64,000 nucleotides of DNA from Bythopirellula sp. (GCA_965216565.1 OZ244170.1:1664001-1728000); one strand, 5' to 3'. Counted from the first letter of the stretch, positions 8,864-19,210 are shown. Notes: generated by a model not told the origin, from the letters alone. A program made the numbers and translations.

Positions 8864-11266
8864 ATGACTGGCTTCTTTGATTTATGTTTGCGACGCCGCT
8901 GGCTGAGTTCCGTGCCAGTCTGGCTAGTCATGCTGCTTGGCTTTGCTGTTCCCCATTCTCAATCGCGGGGGCAAGCAGCAGGGATTCCTATTATCGATCG
9001 AACCCCGTTCGATCGCATCATCTTGAATTCGGCAAACAAGAATGCCGAGATCGAGGTAGTGCTGCTCGACCTGCCGAAGCGACGGCTCCCCAACCCACTG
9101 CCCCAATCGGGGACTCTTGAGGTCAAACGGCTAAGTCAGCCTAGCACTATCTACGAAGTAATGTGGAGTACCATCGAACGTGTTGAACTCTACGAGCAAA
9201 TGGTATTGGCCGAAGCGATAGAACTGAGCCAGAAAAACGACACGCTCGCCGCATTTCGATCGTTCAGCTTCCTACATCAACACTATCCCAACCTGCCAGG
9301 GCTCGACGAAGCGAGCGAGCGCTACGTCTATCGCGAGGCACTAAATGCCTTCTCTAATAACAGCTACAGCGAGGGGTTGGCCATACTGCTTACCCTTTAC
9401 GATCTCAACAGCGAATATCAAGGTCTGGAGAGTGCCGTCGGCTCGGTCTCGGACAAACTGATCAGCAAACATCTCAAAGAACGCGATTTTGCGGCAGCAC
9501 GTGGTGTGCTCGACATGCTGAAACAGAGTTTTCCAAGTCTGCAGTTGTCGAATGTGGCTGTGTGGGAGGGACGTTTTGAGAAAGGCGCTGCCAGGCAACT
9601 ATCCCTTGGCCGAGAAGCGATCGCTTCCCAGGAGTACGAAAAGGCGCGACTTGCGATTGGAAGAGCGCTCGATATATTGCCCGGAGTCGCAGGTGCACAG
9701 CAGATCCTCGAAGAGTTGAATCGCCTCTCGCCTCGCACCGTAGTTGGCGTCAGTCAGCTGGTCCCCAATCCAGAAAATGCGAATACTCTGGTGTGGCCGC
9801 AGGCGCGAATCAAACAGCTGATCGATCCTAACCTAATCCAAATGGTAGGATTCGGCACCGAGGGAGGCATCTACCAGAGCCAATGGGCAACACTTGAGCC
9901 AGACGACGCGGGACTGCGATTGGATATTGCCCTCTCCCCGGCGGCGCTCGCAATTGGTTTCACCCCTGAGCAAATCGCTCTTGAGATTCTCGCACTTTCG
10001 AGTCCTGCCTCATCCCGATACGCAATCGACTTTGCTGATGCATTCGACCATGTCACTATCGAACAGGGCTATCGCGTCGGTGTTCATTGGCGTCGACCCC
10101 ACGTGCGGCCCGAAGCTTTACTACGTTTGCCCCTTGAGGGTGCCACCGCTGGCGACCTTAGGGCCGGTATCTATCGAGCCACTCCCAGTGCCAATCCGGA
10201 ACAAGTGGACGAGATCATTTACGAATCGGTCGGCGCTAGTCCGGGCGACGATCAGGCTCCCCGAATTATCGAACGCGTCTTTGACACAGAAGAGCAAGCC
10301 TTAGCGAGTCTGCGATCTGGCGAGATTGATGCGATCGACCAATTGGCCCCCTGGGATGCCGATCAATTGAAGAGTAGCCGCAATGTGGTGGTCGATACCT
10401 ACCGACTGCCGACAGTCCATGTGCTGCGGTTAAATTTTGAAAATCCGCTGCTTAAAAGCAGAGAGTTTCGTCGCGCCCTGGCTTATGGAATCGACCGCGA
10501 GCGGATCATTTCCGATGTCTTGCTGGGGGGCAAGAATCGTCCTGGTTTCCGAATCCTGAGCGGCCCGCTGCCGGCTGGAACTTCGTTCACCGATCCGGTT
10601 GGCTATGCCTACAACCAGCAATTGCTCGCTCGCCCCTACGAGCCGCGGCTTTCGGCCGTGCTTGCCACCGTGGCAAAAAATGCGCTGGCAAAAAAACAAG
10701 CCGCGGCGAGTCAAAAAGAAGCCCCCGAGGAAAGCAACGAGGGCGATTCCGAGGAGGAATCCAACGATGAATCCCAAGAGCCAGAAAAACCAAAGATGGC
10801 ACCATTGAGACTCGTCTATCCGCCCGATTCTTTATCACGCACCTGTTGCCAAACAATCAAGCTGCAGTTGTCGGCTTTAGGTGTTCCCATCGAGCTGGTT
10901 GAGTTGCCTCGCACTAGTTCGGCACTTCCAGAAGATTACGACCTGGCCTACACTCAATTGGCTTTTCGAGAGCCGCTGGTCGATGCCCGCCGCTTACTGG
11001 GACCCCAAGGCCTCGCTGGTAGTTGCAGTTCGTCGATGAATCTGGCGCTGCAAAGTGTCGACCGAGCCAGCAATTGGAAAGAAGCTCGCGATCGACTTTA
11101 CGAAGTTCATCAAGTGGCCCACAACGACCTACCTGTGATTCCGCTGTGGCAAACCGTCGATAGTTTTGCGTATCACAAATCATTGCGTGGTATCGAGAAA
11201 GATACCGTGTCGCTTTACCAAAACTTAGGCCAGTGGCAGACCTCTCTCACACAGGGAGGTCGTTAA
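8864..11266 (+). CDS. Family 5 extracellular solute-binding protein with N-terminal TPR-like extension
   Basis: Signal-like N-terminus. SBP_bac_5 motifs ALASLRSGEIDAI, LNFENPLLKSREFRRALAYGIDRE and HNDLPVIPLWQ. Confidence 0.8.
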   Translation: MTGFFDLCLRRRWLSSVPVWLVMLLGFAVPHSQSRGQAAGIPIIDRTPFDRIILNSANKNAEIEVVLLDLPKRRLPNPLPQSGTLEVKRLSQPSTIYEVMWSTIERVELYEQMVLAEAIELSQKNDTLAAFRSFSFLHQHYPNLPGLDEASERYVYREALNAFSNNSYSEGLAILLTLYDLNSEYQGLESAVGSVSDKLISKHLKERDFAAARGVLDMLKQSFPSLQLSNVAVWEGRFEKGAARQLSLGREAIASQEYEKARLAIGRALDILPGVAGAQQILEELNRLSPRTVVGVSQLVPNPENANTLVWPQARIKQLIDPNLIQMVGFGTEGGIYQSQWATLEPDDAGLRLDIALSPAALAIGFTPEQIALEILALSSPASSRYAIDFADAFDHVTIEQGYRVGVHWRRPHVRPEALLRLPLEGATAGDLRAGIYRATPSANPEQVDEIIYESVGASPGDDQAPRIIERVFDTEEQALASLRSGEIDAIDQLAPWDADQLKSSRNVVVDTYRLPTVHVLRLNFENPLLKSREFRRALAYGIDRERIISDVLLGGKNRPGFRILSGPLPAGTSFTDPVGYAYNQQLLARPYEPRLSAVLATVAKNALAKKQAAASQKEAPEESNEGDSEEESNDESQEPEKPKMAPLRLVYPPDSLSRTCCQTIKLQLSALGVPIELVELPRTSSALPEDYDLAYTQLAFREPLVDARRLLGPQGLAGSCSSSMNLALQSVDRASNWKEARDRLYEVHQVAHNDLPVIPLWQTVDSFAYHKSLRGIEKDTVSLYQNLGQWQTSLTQGGR

Positions 11267-11268
11267 TT

Positions 11269-12726
11269 ATGGACAGATTGGCCACAACGCAGCTACCTCC
11301 GCTGCAAGCCTCTTATCGGGCAACAAGATTCCTGGTCTTTATGTTGGCCACAAGTTGGCCCCTCGTTTCGCAAGCTGCAGAGACAAAATACTGGGAGCTG
11401 TCGCCCTACTCGATTCGGATAGAAATTGCGTTTAGCGATTCCCTAGTAGGGAACAAGTCCATCGAACGAGAAATAGTCGAACGGTTAGAACAACGAGTTC
11501 TGTCGACTATGCATCCATTGTGGTCGACGGAAATCAATGTACGTGAGGGCTCAGACAAGTACCAGTTGCTTGCTGCGATGGAGTCCTCCGGTGAACAAAC
11601 GCCTCTAGAGGGTGTTTTTGTCGACAAGCAGATGTTCCTCGTGGTGGACCGCGACTTGGCTGGCTACCAATTTGCCTGCCGAGAGTGGGATCGCAGCACG
11701 CAGCTTTGGGGGCCAGTAATCCGACGCCAGGTGAAGCAGAATCTCATGCTCCATGAGGAGTGTTTTGCCTTGCTGCGCAGGACGTTTTCTCCCTTGGCTA
11801 GCATCGAACCTGATCCCAACAACTCGGGGCAAGTATTCCTTTCATTCAAAGGAAATGAGCTACCCAGCCGTACGAGTGAAGGATCTCTTGTTTCCCCCGG
11901 TCAAGTGCTCCAACCCTTGATGATTCGTTACGATTCGTCGGGAGAAGTGGTTGCAGGCGGAGTCCGCGAAGTGCCTTGGACCTATCTAACCGCTCAGCAA
12001 ACTGAAGACGGAACCTGGGTGGGCAAAGTCCACAGCGGAATGAGACGTGCCTTTGGCAAGCGGAGACGGGGCCGGAGCCAGCAACTAGCGATTGCAGTCC
12101 GCAATCCGGCAGCCACCACCAGGGTGAGATTTTACGCCCGGCACGATCAAACCGAGGGCCTAGTGGGCTACGAAGTTTTTCGACGGTTTCGAGATGACGA
12201 GAAAAGTGAGTTTCTCGGGCTAACCGACTCCACCGGTTCTGTTTATGTGGAACCAGCCGATGTGGAAGTCGTCACGCTATTCTTACGGAGTGATGGTCAA
12301 CTACTGGCCAAGGTGCCCGTGGCACCTGGGGCTAAATCGTTGGTCGAGATCCCTATCGCCGACGACACGGCTCGATTGCGGGCTCAGGCTGAGCTAACTG
12401 CATTCCGCGAACAATTGATCGACGTCGTAGCGCGCCGCAACATCCTAATGACACGAGCACGCGATAGACTCAAAGCAGGTAGCTTGGACGAAGCTCGTGA
12501 ATTGCTCGCCGAACTAGATGACTTACCGGGGCGGGCAAAATTCGATCAAAAGTTAGTTTCGGCGGAACGCAAGCGATCGAACATTTCGTCGGATGAAAGA
12601 GTTCAAAAGAGAATCGACAAGATGTTTTCAGAGACTCGCAAGCTACTGGGACGATTTCTAGACGTGCGGCAGATTTCAGACCTCCGCAATGAAGTAACCG
12701 CTGCGGCTCGAGGTGAAAGAGAGTGA
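11269..12726 (+). CDS. Secreted hypothetical protein
   Basis: ATG at 11269 after GGAGG (11255-11259), 2 nt past the previous stop. Signal-like FLVFMLATSWPLVSQA and a helical C-terminus. Confidence 0.75.
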   Translation: MDRLATTQLPPLQASYRATRFLVFMLATSWPLVSQAAETKYWELSPYSIRIEIAFSDSLVGNKSIEREIVERLEQRVLSTMHPLWSTEINVREGSDKYQLLAAMESSGEQTPLEGVFVDKQMFLVVDRDLAGYQFACREWDRSTQLWGPVIRRQVKQNLMLHEECFALLRRTFSPLASIEPDPNNSGQVFLSFKGNELPSRTSEGSLVSPGQVLQPLMIRYDSSGEVVAGGVREVPWTYLTAQQTEDGTWVGKVHSGMRRAFGKRRRGRSQQLAIAVRNPAATTRVRFYARHDQTEGLVGYEVFRRFRDDEKSEFLGLTDSTGSVYVEPADVEVVTLFLRSDGQLLAKVPVAPGAKSLVEIPIADDTARLRAQAELTAFREQLIDVVARRNILMTRARDRLKAGSLDEARELLAELDDLPGRAKFDQKLVSAERKRSNISSDERVQKRIDKMFSETRKLLGRFLDVRQISDLRNEVTAAARGERE

Positions 12727-12731
12727 CTTCG

Positions 12732-14093
12732 CTACAGTACTGCAATACCCACGATGGCAAGTATCGTCATCAAGCCAGCCAATACTGCTAAACCAGCCAT
12801 TACCAGGGTGGTTCTGCTCAATGAGTCCTCGGTCGGTGTTGCAACGTTCGAACGAGGAGTCTTTTTGATCTGCAATTGTGGAGACGTCTGGTCCAAGCTG
12901 AGTCGATCGGTCTTGTCTTGCTTATGGCCGTGGGTTTCTTCGGGACCGTCCATAGCCGGCAATGTTTCAGCAAATGCCGCATTCCAGTAGTTTTCTTCTT
13001 CGGGTAGCTGCGTTAGCAATCCGATGTTGTGCCACGTTTCGCTATCCGCAGCATCGACCCATGGCTGTAGCAACTGGGCGACTTCGAGTGCCGAGGCGAT
13101 ACGATCTTCCGGCCGTTTCTGCATCGTAGCAGTTACTATTCGAAGAAATTCTGGGCTTACGCTGCTATTGAATTTTTCTGCCGGTATCGGTGGTTCGTCT
13201 AAGTGGCGGCGCAACTTATCGGCTGTTTCCCCGCCCGGAAAAGGAACCTTCCCCGTCACGGCGTAGTAGAGTGTGCAACCAAGCGAATAGATGTCGCTAA
13301 TTTGGCGGACTTCACTAGGAGACACGACCACTTCCGGCGCCAGGTAATCTGCCGTCCCGACAATGTGCTTCGGTTTGTCGTTCGATTCCTGGGAGGCGTC
13401 CGATGCAAAATAGGCCAGGCCTAGGTCAGCAAGCTTGGTCCGTCCCTCGGGCGTAATGAGCAGGTTTCCCGGTTTCACATCGCGATGGATCAATCCTTGC
13501 ATGTGAGCATGATCGAGTGCCAGCGCCGCTTGATGAACGATGATTGCTGCATGCTGCTCGGAGAGAGGTCCGTGATGTCGAACCATCCGCCGGAGATCGC
13601 TGCCGGGAACGTATTCTGTGACGAGATAATAGGTCTCGCCGTCCATATCAGCGAATGTCAGCCGCACCAGGTTGGGGTGATCGAGCCTGGCTTGTGCGCG
13701 AATCTCGCGTCTAAAATTTGTAATGGAAGACGCATCAGTCAGATTCTTCGGCAGTACTTTGATGGCTTCGATGCGCCCCAGTAAGATGTGCTCGCCCTTG
13801 AATACGTAGCCCATCCCGCCGTGACCGATGGCGTCCAGAATATTGTAGGGTCCCAAGGTGAACTTAGTTCGCCCGTGTTTCAGCTGTTCTGCCTGCCAGC
13901 GATTCAGGTAACCAAGGTTGACTAGCTCGGCACCCAATTGTTCGTCGGTGACTTCGTCAAAATTCACCTGTCCTACGGGTAACGATTGCTGCAACCGTTG
14001 CCACGCTTTGGTGATTTGTTCTTCAGTAAGCAACCCGCTGGCCAAGCCGGCTTGCTCTAGAATTGTTCGATTAGCACGCAAAAAGAGCCCCAT
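12732..14093 (-). CDS. Hanks-type Ser/Thr protein kinase with C-terminal TM helix
   Basis: IGHGGMGYV, AIKVL, HRDVKPGN, DLGLA, GTADYLAPE and SDIYSLG motifs; hydrophobic C-terminus. Confidence 0.96.
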   Translation of the reverse strand: MGLFLRANRTILEQAGLASGLLTEEQITKAWQRLQQSLPVGQVNFDEVTDEQLGAELVNLGYLNRWQAEQLKHGRTKFTLGPYNILDAIGHGGMGYVFKGEHILLGRIEAIKVLPKNLTDASSITNFRREIRAQARLDHPNLVRLTFADMDGETYYLVTEYVPGSDLRRMVRHHGPLSEQHAAIIVHQAALALDHAHMQGLIHRDVKPGNLLITPEGRTKLADLGLAYFASDASQESNDKPKHIVGTADYLAPEVVVSPSEVRQISDIYSLGCTLYYAVTGKVPFPGGETADKLRRHLDEPPIPAEKFNSSVSPEFLRIVTATMQKRPEDRIASALEVAQLLQPWVDAADSETWHNIGLLTQLPEEENYWNAAFAETLPAMDGPEETHGHKQDKTDRLSLDQTSPQLQIKKTPRSNVATPTEDSLSRTTLVMAGLAVLAGLMTILAIVGIAVL

Positions 14094-14374
14094 GATCGAT
14101 GAGCGAAAGCAAACTAGAGCATCTTGCTCTTATCTCTACAAACGAATTTCTCGGTTGATGAGGTCCCCAGAGGGAAATTTGAAAAACGTTCTATCAGCTT
14201 GCTCTGTTCCACCCGTCCTGTATTACAAGTTTAGTGTACAAACGGACTACGCGCCAAGAATTGCCTCTAAAGTGGGATGGGCTTTTCAATCAGGTTCCGG
14301 ACAGGAATTCGGAAGATTTCTCACAGGACCCAGGAATGGAGCTTTATGGACTGGGGTCTCAACGACCCTAATGA

Positions 14375-15100
14375 TTATTCACTTTGAGTTTCTGCCAACA
14401 TTTTTGCAATTGCAGGAACACTCTGCCAACTCTGAGGCGGCAGTTTCTCGAAACACATGACTTCCTTTTCGATTGGATGTTCCAACTCTAGCAGGCGGGA
14501 ATGAAGGGCGATTCCTTGGGGGAACGGCACTTCGCTTCCGTATTTGCGATCCCCAACAATAGCATGACCCATTTTCGCGAATTGCACGCGAATTTGATGT
14601 TTTCTACCCGTTTCCAAATGCACCTCTACCAGTGTGAGCTGTTTGCCCGCCGCCAGACAACGATAGTTTAGCCGAGCCAACTTAGCTTCTGGCGCATTGG
14701 GATGTGTGACGTGCATTTTCCGATGACGCTCGTCTTTACGCATGTAATGTTCGAGAGTTCCCTCTTTTTCATCCGGTGTGCCTGAAATAACCGCCCAGTA
14801 GACCTTTCTGGCCTTGCGCTCCTTGAAGCTAGCGGTCAATCGGCTCGCAGCCTTGGATCTTTTCGCAATGACAAGAACACCGGTGACCGGTGCGTCGAGA
14901 CGACTCACCACGCCCAAATAGACGTTGCCCGGCTTATCGTATTTTCTGCGAATGTAGTCCTTTGCCAACGTCAGCAAGCTTGGTTTGTCCGCGGCAACCC
15001 CCATTGTTGGCAACATCGCTGGCTTGTTGACAACAAGCAGATGATTATCTTCGTACAGAACATCAAGGTGTCGGCTCTCGGGCATAACTAGGGCAACCAT
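14375..15100 (-). CDS. RluA family pseudouridine synthase
   Basis: VLYEDNHLLVVNKPA, SRLDAPVTG (catalytic Asp), TGRKHQIRVQ and IVGDRKYG. Start may be at 15085. Confidence 0.93.
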   Translation of the reverse strand: MVALVMPESRHLDVLYEDNHLLVVNKPAMLPTMGVAADKPSLLTLAKDYIRRKYDKPGNVYLGVVSRLDAPVTGVLVIAKRSKAASRLTASFKERKARKVYWAVISGTPDEKEGTLEHYMRKDERHRKMHVTHPNAPEAKLARLNYRCLAAGKQLTLVEVHLETGRKHQIRVQFAKMGHAIVGDRKYGSEVPFPQGIALHSRLLELEHPIEKEVMCFEKLPPQSWQSVPAIAKMLAETQSE

Positions 15101-15200
15101 TGTCAGGGATACGGCAATGCGTTAAGAACGGATCTGCCAGCGAGGCTTTCACAGTTTCAACTTCTTCCTAACACCTTAACCCATTGACCGGGCGGTTTCG

Positions 15201-15839
15201 ATGTCCAAAGTTCGGCTGATACTGGGAAGCGGCTCCCCTCAGCGCAAACGTCTGCTGAAAGAGGCGGGCTACAAATTTGAAGTTATTCGACCTGACGAGA
15301 GCGCCGAATCAGGCATCTGTAGCAACTGCGGCCCAGCGACTTTGGTATCCGACCTAGCCTTACGAAAAGCCGCTGATGTCGCCCAGCAGTTGGCACACCA
15401 GCATTCTCCCGACGATTCCTCCAATCTGCCCGCCAGCCTGATCATTGCGTGCGATACGGTGGCTGAGTGTGGGGGAACAATACTGGGAAAACCCAGAAAT
15501 GAGGACCATGCCTGCGAGATGCTCGAGCAGCTCAGTGGCACGATGCATCGTGTCTACAGCGGCTTGTGCCTGTGGCCGATTGGAATGGATAGTCCTCCTC
15601 GGCCTATTGAGACTGAGGTCGCCACATCTGAACTGAAGATGGACACGATTAGTTCCGAAGAGATAGAAAGCTACTTGGAAACTGGCCTGTGGCAAGGTAA
15701 GGCTGGAGCGTTCGGTCTGCAAGATCGGCCCGAATGGCTGCATATTACATCAGGGAGCGAATCGAATGTGATCGGTCTGCCTATGGAACTCTTAGAAAAG
15801 ATGCTAAAGCCCTGGAAGCTGGGAAGCCCTAGCGATTGA
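15201..15839 (+). CDS. maf: Maf family nucleoside triphosphate pyrophosphatase
   Basis: LILGSGSPQR, IACDTV, ILGKP, GKAGAFG and NVIGLP motifs. Confidence 0.92.
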   Translation: MSKVRLILGSGSPQRKRLLKEAGYKFEVIRPDESAESGICSNCGPATLVSDLALRKAADVAQQLAHQHSPDDSSNLPASLIIACDTVAECGGTILGKPRNEDHACEMLEQLSGTMHRVYSGLCLWPIGMDSPPRPIETEVATSELKMDTISSEEIESYLETGLWQGKAGAFGLQDRPEWLHITSGSESNVIGLPMELLEKMLKPWKLGSPSD

Positions 15840-15940
15840 GCCCGACGTGAAATTGCAGGTATAATATAGCCTTCTCAGTAAAGACCAAGAATTCCCCAAA
15901 GCAAACCAAATCTCTTCTCAGGACTCAAGCGAACTCTCGG

Positions 15941-16927
15941 ATGAAACTACGCATAGGTGTGATTGGGATTGGTCGTGCTTGGGAATCTCGTCACTTGCCT
16001 GCCCTACGAGCCTTAGCCGATCGGTTGGAGGTGAAGGCCGTCTGCGATCCGGTTCAGCACCGGGCAGAGCTTGCGGCTCGCCAACTCAACGCCACCGTGC
16101 ATGATGGCTATCGCGTCTTGATCGGTCGCGACGATATCGATGCGGTCATGCTGCTGTCGGCCAGTTTCTATGGCGCGACTCCGATTCACGCCGCTTGCGA
16201 AATGGGCAAGGGCGTCTACTGCGCGGCGACAATTGACTTGGCTGCTAGCGAGGCTACTGAGCTTAAAGATCGCGTGAAGGAATCGGGCATTGCCTTCATG
16301 GCTGAGTTTCCCTGTCGTTGGTCACCCGCAACGCTTCGACTTAAAGAATTGATTGCCACGCGCCTCGGCAAACCCAAGTTGCTGTTTATGAATCGGCGTC
16401 GAACGGTGCCCAGCAATCGAGCCAAAGGCGACCGTTGTGTGCGCGACTTAGTGGAACTCGTCGACTGGTGCCGATACGTTGTCGACATGGAACCCTCGTC
16501 GCTGACGGCCACATCGCACTGTTTGGATGTCGATCATCACGATTTCTTTTCCGTGAGTCTGGATTTCTCTTCTGCTGACGAATCAAGATCCGGCCCACTG
16601 GCTGTTATTAGCTGCGGCGACTACGTGCCCGACATGCTCAAGGAGTCGCTATCTTACCGGCGTCCTGCACACCTTAAGGTAGTTTGCGAAAATGGAATTG
16701 CATTCATCGATCTGCCCCATACGGTCGCTTGGTTTAACGACGCGGGTCAACATCTAGAGACGCTGGAACATGATCGCCCGGTCGGCGAACAGTTGCTCAT
16801 AAACTTCCAACGGGCCGTTGAAAGCCTTGTGCTGGTTTCTTCTAGTCTGGACGACGCCCACCGAGCAATTCTGATTGCGAATCACGCAAAAACTAGCTGC
16901 GAGACGGGACAGCGGGTTTCTTGCTGA
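15941..16927 (+). CDS. Gfo/Idh/MocA family oxidoreductase-like protein
   Basis: N-terminal Rossmann motif LRIGVIGIG, AVCDP and DIDAV. The EKP motif appears degenerate. Confidence 0.85.
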   Translation: MKLRIGVIGIGRAWESRHLPALRALADRLEVKAVCDPVQHRAELAARQLNATVHDGYRVLIGRDDIDAVMLLSASFYGATPIHAACEMGKGVYCAATIDLAASEATELKDRVKESGIAFMAEFPCRWSPATLRLKELIATRLGKPKLLFMNRRRTVPSNRAKGDRCVRDLVELVDWCRYVVDMEPSSLTATSHCLDVDHHDFFSVSLDFSSADESRSGPLAVISCGDYVPDMLKESLSYRRPAHLKVVCENGIAFIDLPHTVAWFNDAGQHLETLEHDRPVGEQLLINFQRAVESLVLVSSSLDDAHRAILIANHAKTSCETGQRVSC

Positions 16928-16994
16928 GTACGGGTCCGTTGCCGGCAGGTGGATTCTGATAATCCAGATTCGCGGTAAGGTAAATTGGCTCGGT

Positions 16995-17024
16995 TTGACA
17001 CTGCGACTGCGGGCTCTTTATATT
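16995..17024 (+). promoter_or_regulatory. Candidate sigma70 promoter for tkt
   Basis: TTGACA (16995-17000), 18-bp spacer, TATATT (17019-17024). Confidence 0.45.
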
Positions 17025-17080
17025 GAGGCACCATAATCGTTCCTGCCACACTCCTACAGTCCTACGTAACGTAAGTAAAT

Positions 17081-19144
17081 ATGAGCACAACGCTTAGCGA
17101 ACTTTCAGAGCTTTCCATCAACACGATCCGCACACTGTCGATGGACGGCGTCGAAGCCGCCGGTTGCGGCCATCCCGGGACGCCGATGGCACTGGCCTCG
17201 GTCACATACCAGCTCTGGACGCAATCGCTGCGCTACGACCCCAACGATCCCCACTGGCCGAACCGCGACCGCTATGTGCTTTCATGCGGCCATGCGTCGA
17301 TGCTGATCTATTCCATGCTGCATGTAGCTGGGGTGAAGCACGTCGACAAGAACGGAGCCGTGACAGACGAATTGGCTGTATCGCTACAAGAATTAAAAGA
17401 CTTCCGCCAATGGGGCAGCCGTACGCCCGGCCACCCTGAGTATGGACATACGACTGGCGTGGAGACAACCACTGGGCCCCTGGGACAAGGCTGTGGAAAC
17501 AGTGTCGGGATGGCGATCGCTAGTAAATGGCTCGGTGCTCGCTACAATCGCCCCGGCTACGAGCTCTTCGACTTCAACGTCTACGCACAATGCTCCGACG
17601 GCGATCTCATGGAAGGTGTCGCTTGCGAAGCAGCCTCGCTTGCCGGTCATCTCCAGCTTTCCAACCTGTGTTGGATATACGACGATAATAACATCACTAT
17701 CGAAGGACGAACTAATCTCGCGTTCAGCGAAGACGTCGCCACCCGGTTTGAAGGGTTGGGCTGGAACGTCTTAAGGGTCGAGGATGGCAACGATCTTGAG
17801 GCACTCGCAAAAGCCTACGAAGGTTTCGAGCAATGCAGTGACGCTCCAACCTTGATCATCGTAAGCACGATCATCGGCTATGGAGCACCCAACAAGGCAG
17901 ATACAGCCGGAGCCCACGGTGCCGCACTGGGTGCCCAGGAAGTTCGTTTAACGAAGGCCGCCTATGGCTGGCCCGAAGAGCAAACTTTTTTAGTCCCCGA
18001 CGAGGTGCCAGAGCACTTTTCCAACACACTCGGCCAACGAGGAAAGGCAGCACGAGAAGACTGGCAGTCGCTACTTGAGAAATATTCCTCTGAATTCCCC
18101 GAGCTGGCCGCAGAAGTGAAGTCGATCGTCGCTGGTGATCTGCCCAACAGTTGGGATGCCGACATACCGGAGTTTGAAGCGGATGAAAAAGGCATGGCGA
18201 CCCGGAAGTCTTCTGGACAGGTACTCAACGCGATTGCTTCCCGCGTGCCTTGGCTTATTGGTGGATCGGCCGACTTAGCTCCGTCCACAAATACGCTGCT
18301 TACCTTTGAGGATGTCGGTCACTTTTCCGCTGAGAATTATGCAGGCAGAAACTTTCACTTCGGCATCCGCGAACATGCCATGGCAGCGGCTCTCAACGGC
18401 ATGGCTTTGTGCGGTGTGAGGAGCTACGGCGCGACGTTCTTTGTATTTAGCGATTATCTCCGGCCCTCGATGCGGCTAAGCGCCTTGATGGGAGTCCCGG
18501 CAATTTATGTGTTTACCCACGATTCGATTGGTGTGGGCGAAGATGGCCCAACACATCAACCGGTGGAACAATTGGCGGCCGCCCGGGCGATTCCGGGGCT
18601 CACCGTGATTCGTCCCGGCGATGCCAATGAAACCGCCGCAGCTTGGCGGGCTGCGCTGGAACAAAGCAATGGTCCGACGGCGCTTGTCCTCACACGCCAA
18701 AACTTGCCCACACTTGATCGATCCAAGCTCGCTTCGGCAGATGGGGTCGCCCGCGGAGGCTATGTGATCTCCGACGTCGAGAGCGGCAAGCCACAAGTGA
18801 TCCTGATAGCAACTGGCAGCGAATTGTCGCTCGCGATCGAAGCACAAGAGAAACTTGCCGCCGACGGTGTTGCAACGCGAGTGGTGAGCATGCCTTGTTT
18901 CGAATTATTCGAAGCACAGGACGAGTCGTATCGCAACCAAGTCTTGCTGCCGGAAATCTCAGCCCGGGTCGCCGTGGAGGCTGGTTGCCGACAAGGTTGG
19001 GATCGTTACCTGGGCGTCCATGGCAAATTTGTTGGCGTCGAGGATCGCTTCGGTGCATCGGCCCCTGCTCCCCAAGTGTTTGAAAAACTTGGCATCACCG
19101 CCGATAGCGTCTATCAGGCAGCAAAGTCGTTGGTTAACGGGTAA
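17081..19144 (+). CDS. tkt: Transketolase
   Basis: GHPGTPM, LSCGHAS, TPGHPE, TTGPLGQG, SDGDLMEG (TPP binding), HFGIREHAM and GEDGPTHQP. Confidence 0.98.
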   Translation: MSTTLSELSELSINTIRTLSMDGVEAAGCGHPGTPMALASVTYQLWTQSLRYDPNDPHWPNRDRYVLSCGHASMLIYSMLHVAGVKHVDKNGAVTDELAVSLQELKDFRQWGSRTPGHPEYGHTTGVETTTGPLGQGCGNSVGMAIASKWLGARYNRPGYELFDFNVYAQCSDGDLMEGVACEAASLAGHLQLSNLCWIYDDNNITIEGRTNLAFSEDVATRFEGLGWNVLRVEDGNDLEALAKAYEGFEQCSDAPTLIIVSTIIGYGAPNKADTAGAHGAALGAQEVRLTKAAYGWPEEQTFLVPDEVPEHFSNTLGQRGKAAREDWQSLLEKYSSEFPELAAEVKSIVAGDLPNSWDADIPEFEADEKGMATRKSSGQVLNAIASRVPWLIGGSADLAPSTNTLLTFEDVGHFSAENYAGRNFHFGIREHAMAAALNGMALCGVRSYGATFFVFSDYLRPSMRLSALMGVPAIYVFTHDSIGVGEDGPTHQPVEQLAAARAIPGLTVIRPGDANETAAAWRAALEQSNGPTALVLTRQNLPTLDRSKLASADGVARGGYVISDVESGKPQVILIATGSELSLAIEAQEKLAADGVATRVVSMPCFELFEAQDESYRNQVLLPEISARVAVEAGCRQGWDRYLGVHGKFVGVEDRFGASAPAPQVFEKLGITADSVYQAAKSLVNG

Positions 19145-19210
19145 GACGGCCTAGGCAGTGATCGTTTCATATCGGTCGACGTGCTACTAAAGATTGAGCC
19201 AAGAGCCGAT

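Noticed and set aside
13918..14460. 180-aa plus-strand ORF
   Set aside because: Overlaps both the kinase and the RluA-family gene in antisense; no recognisable features.
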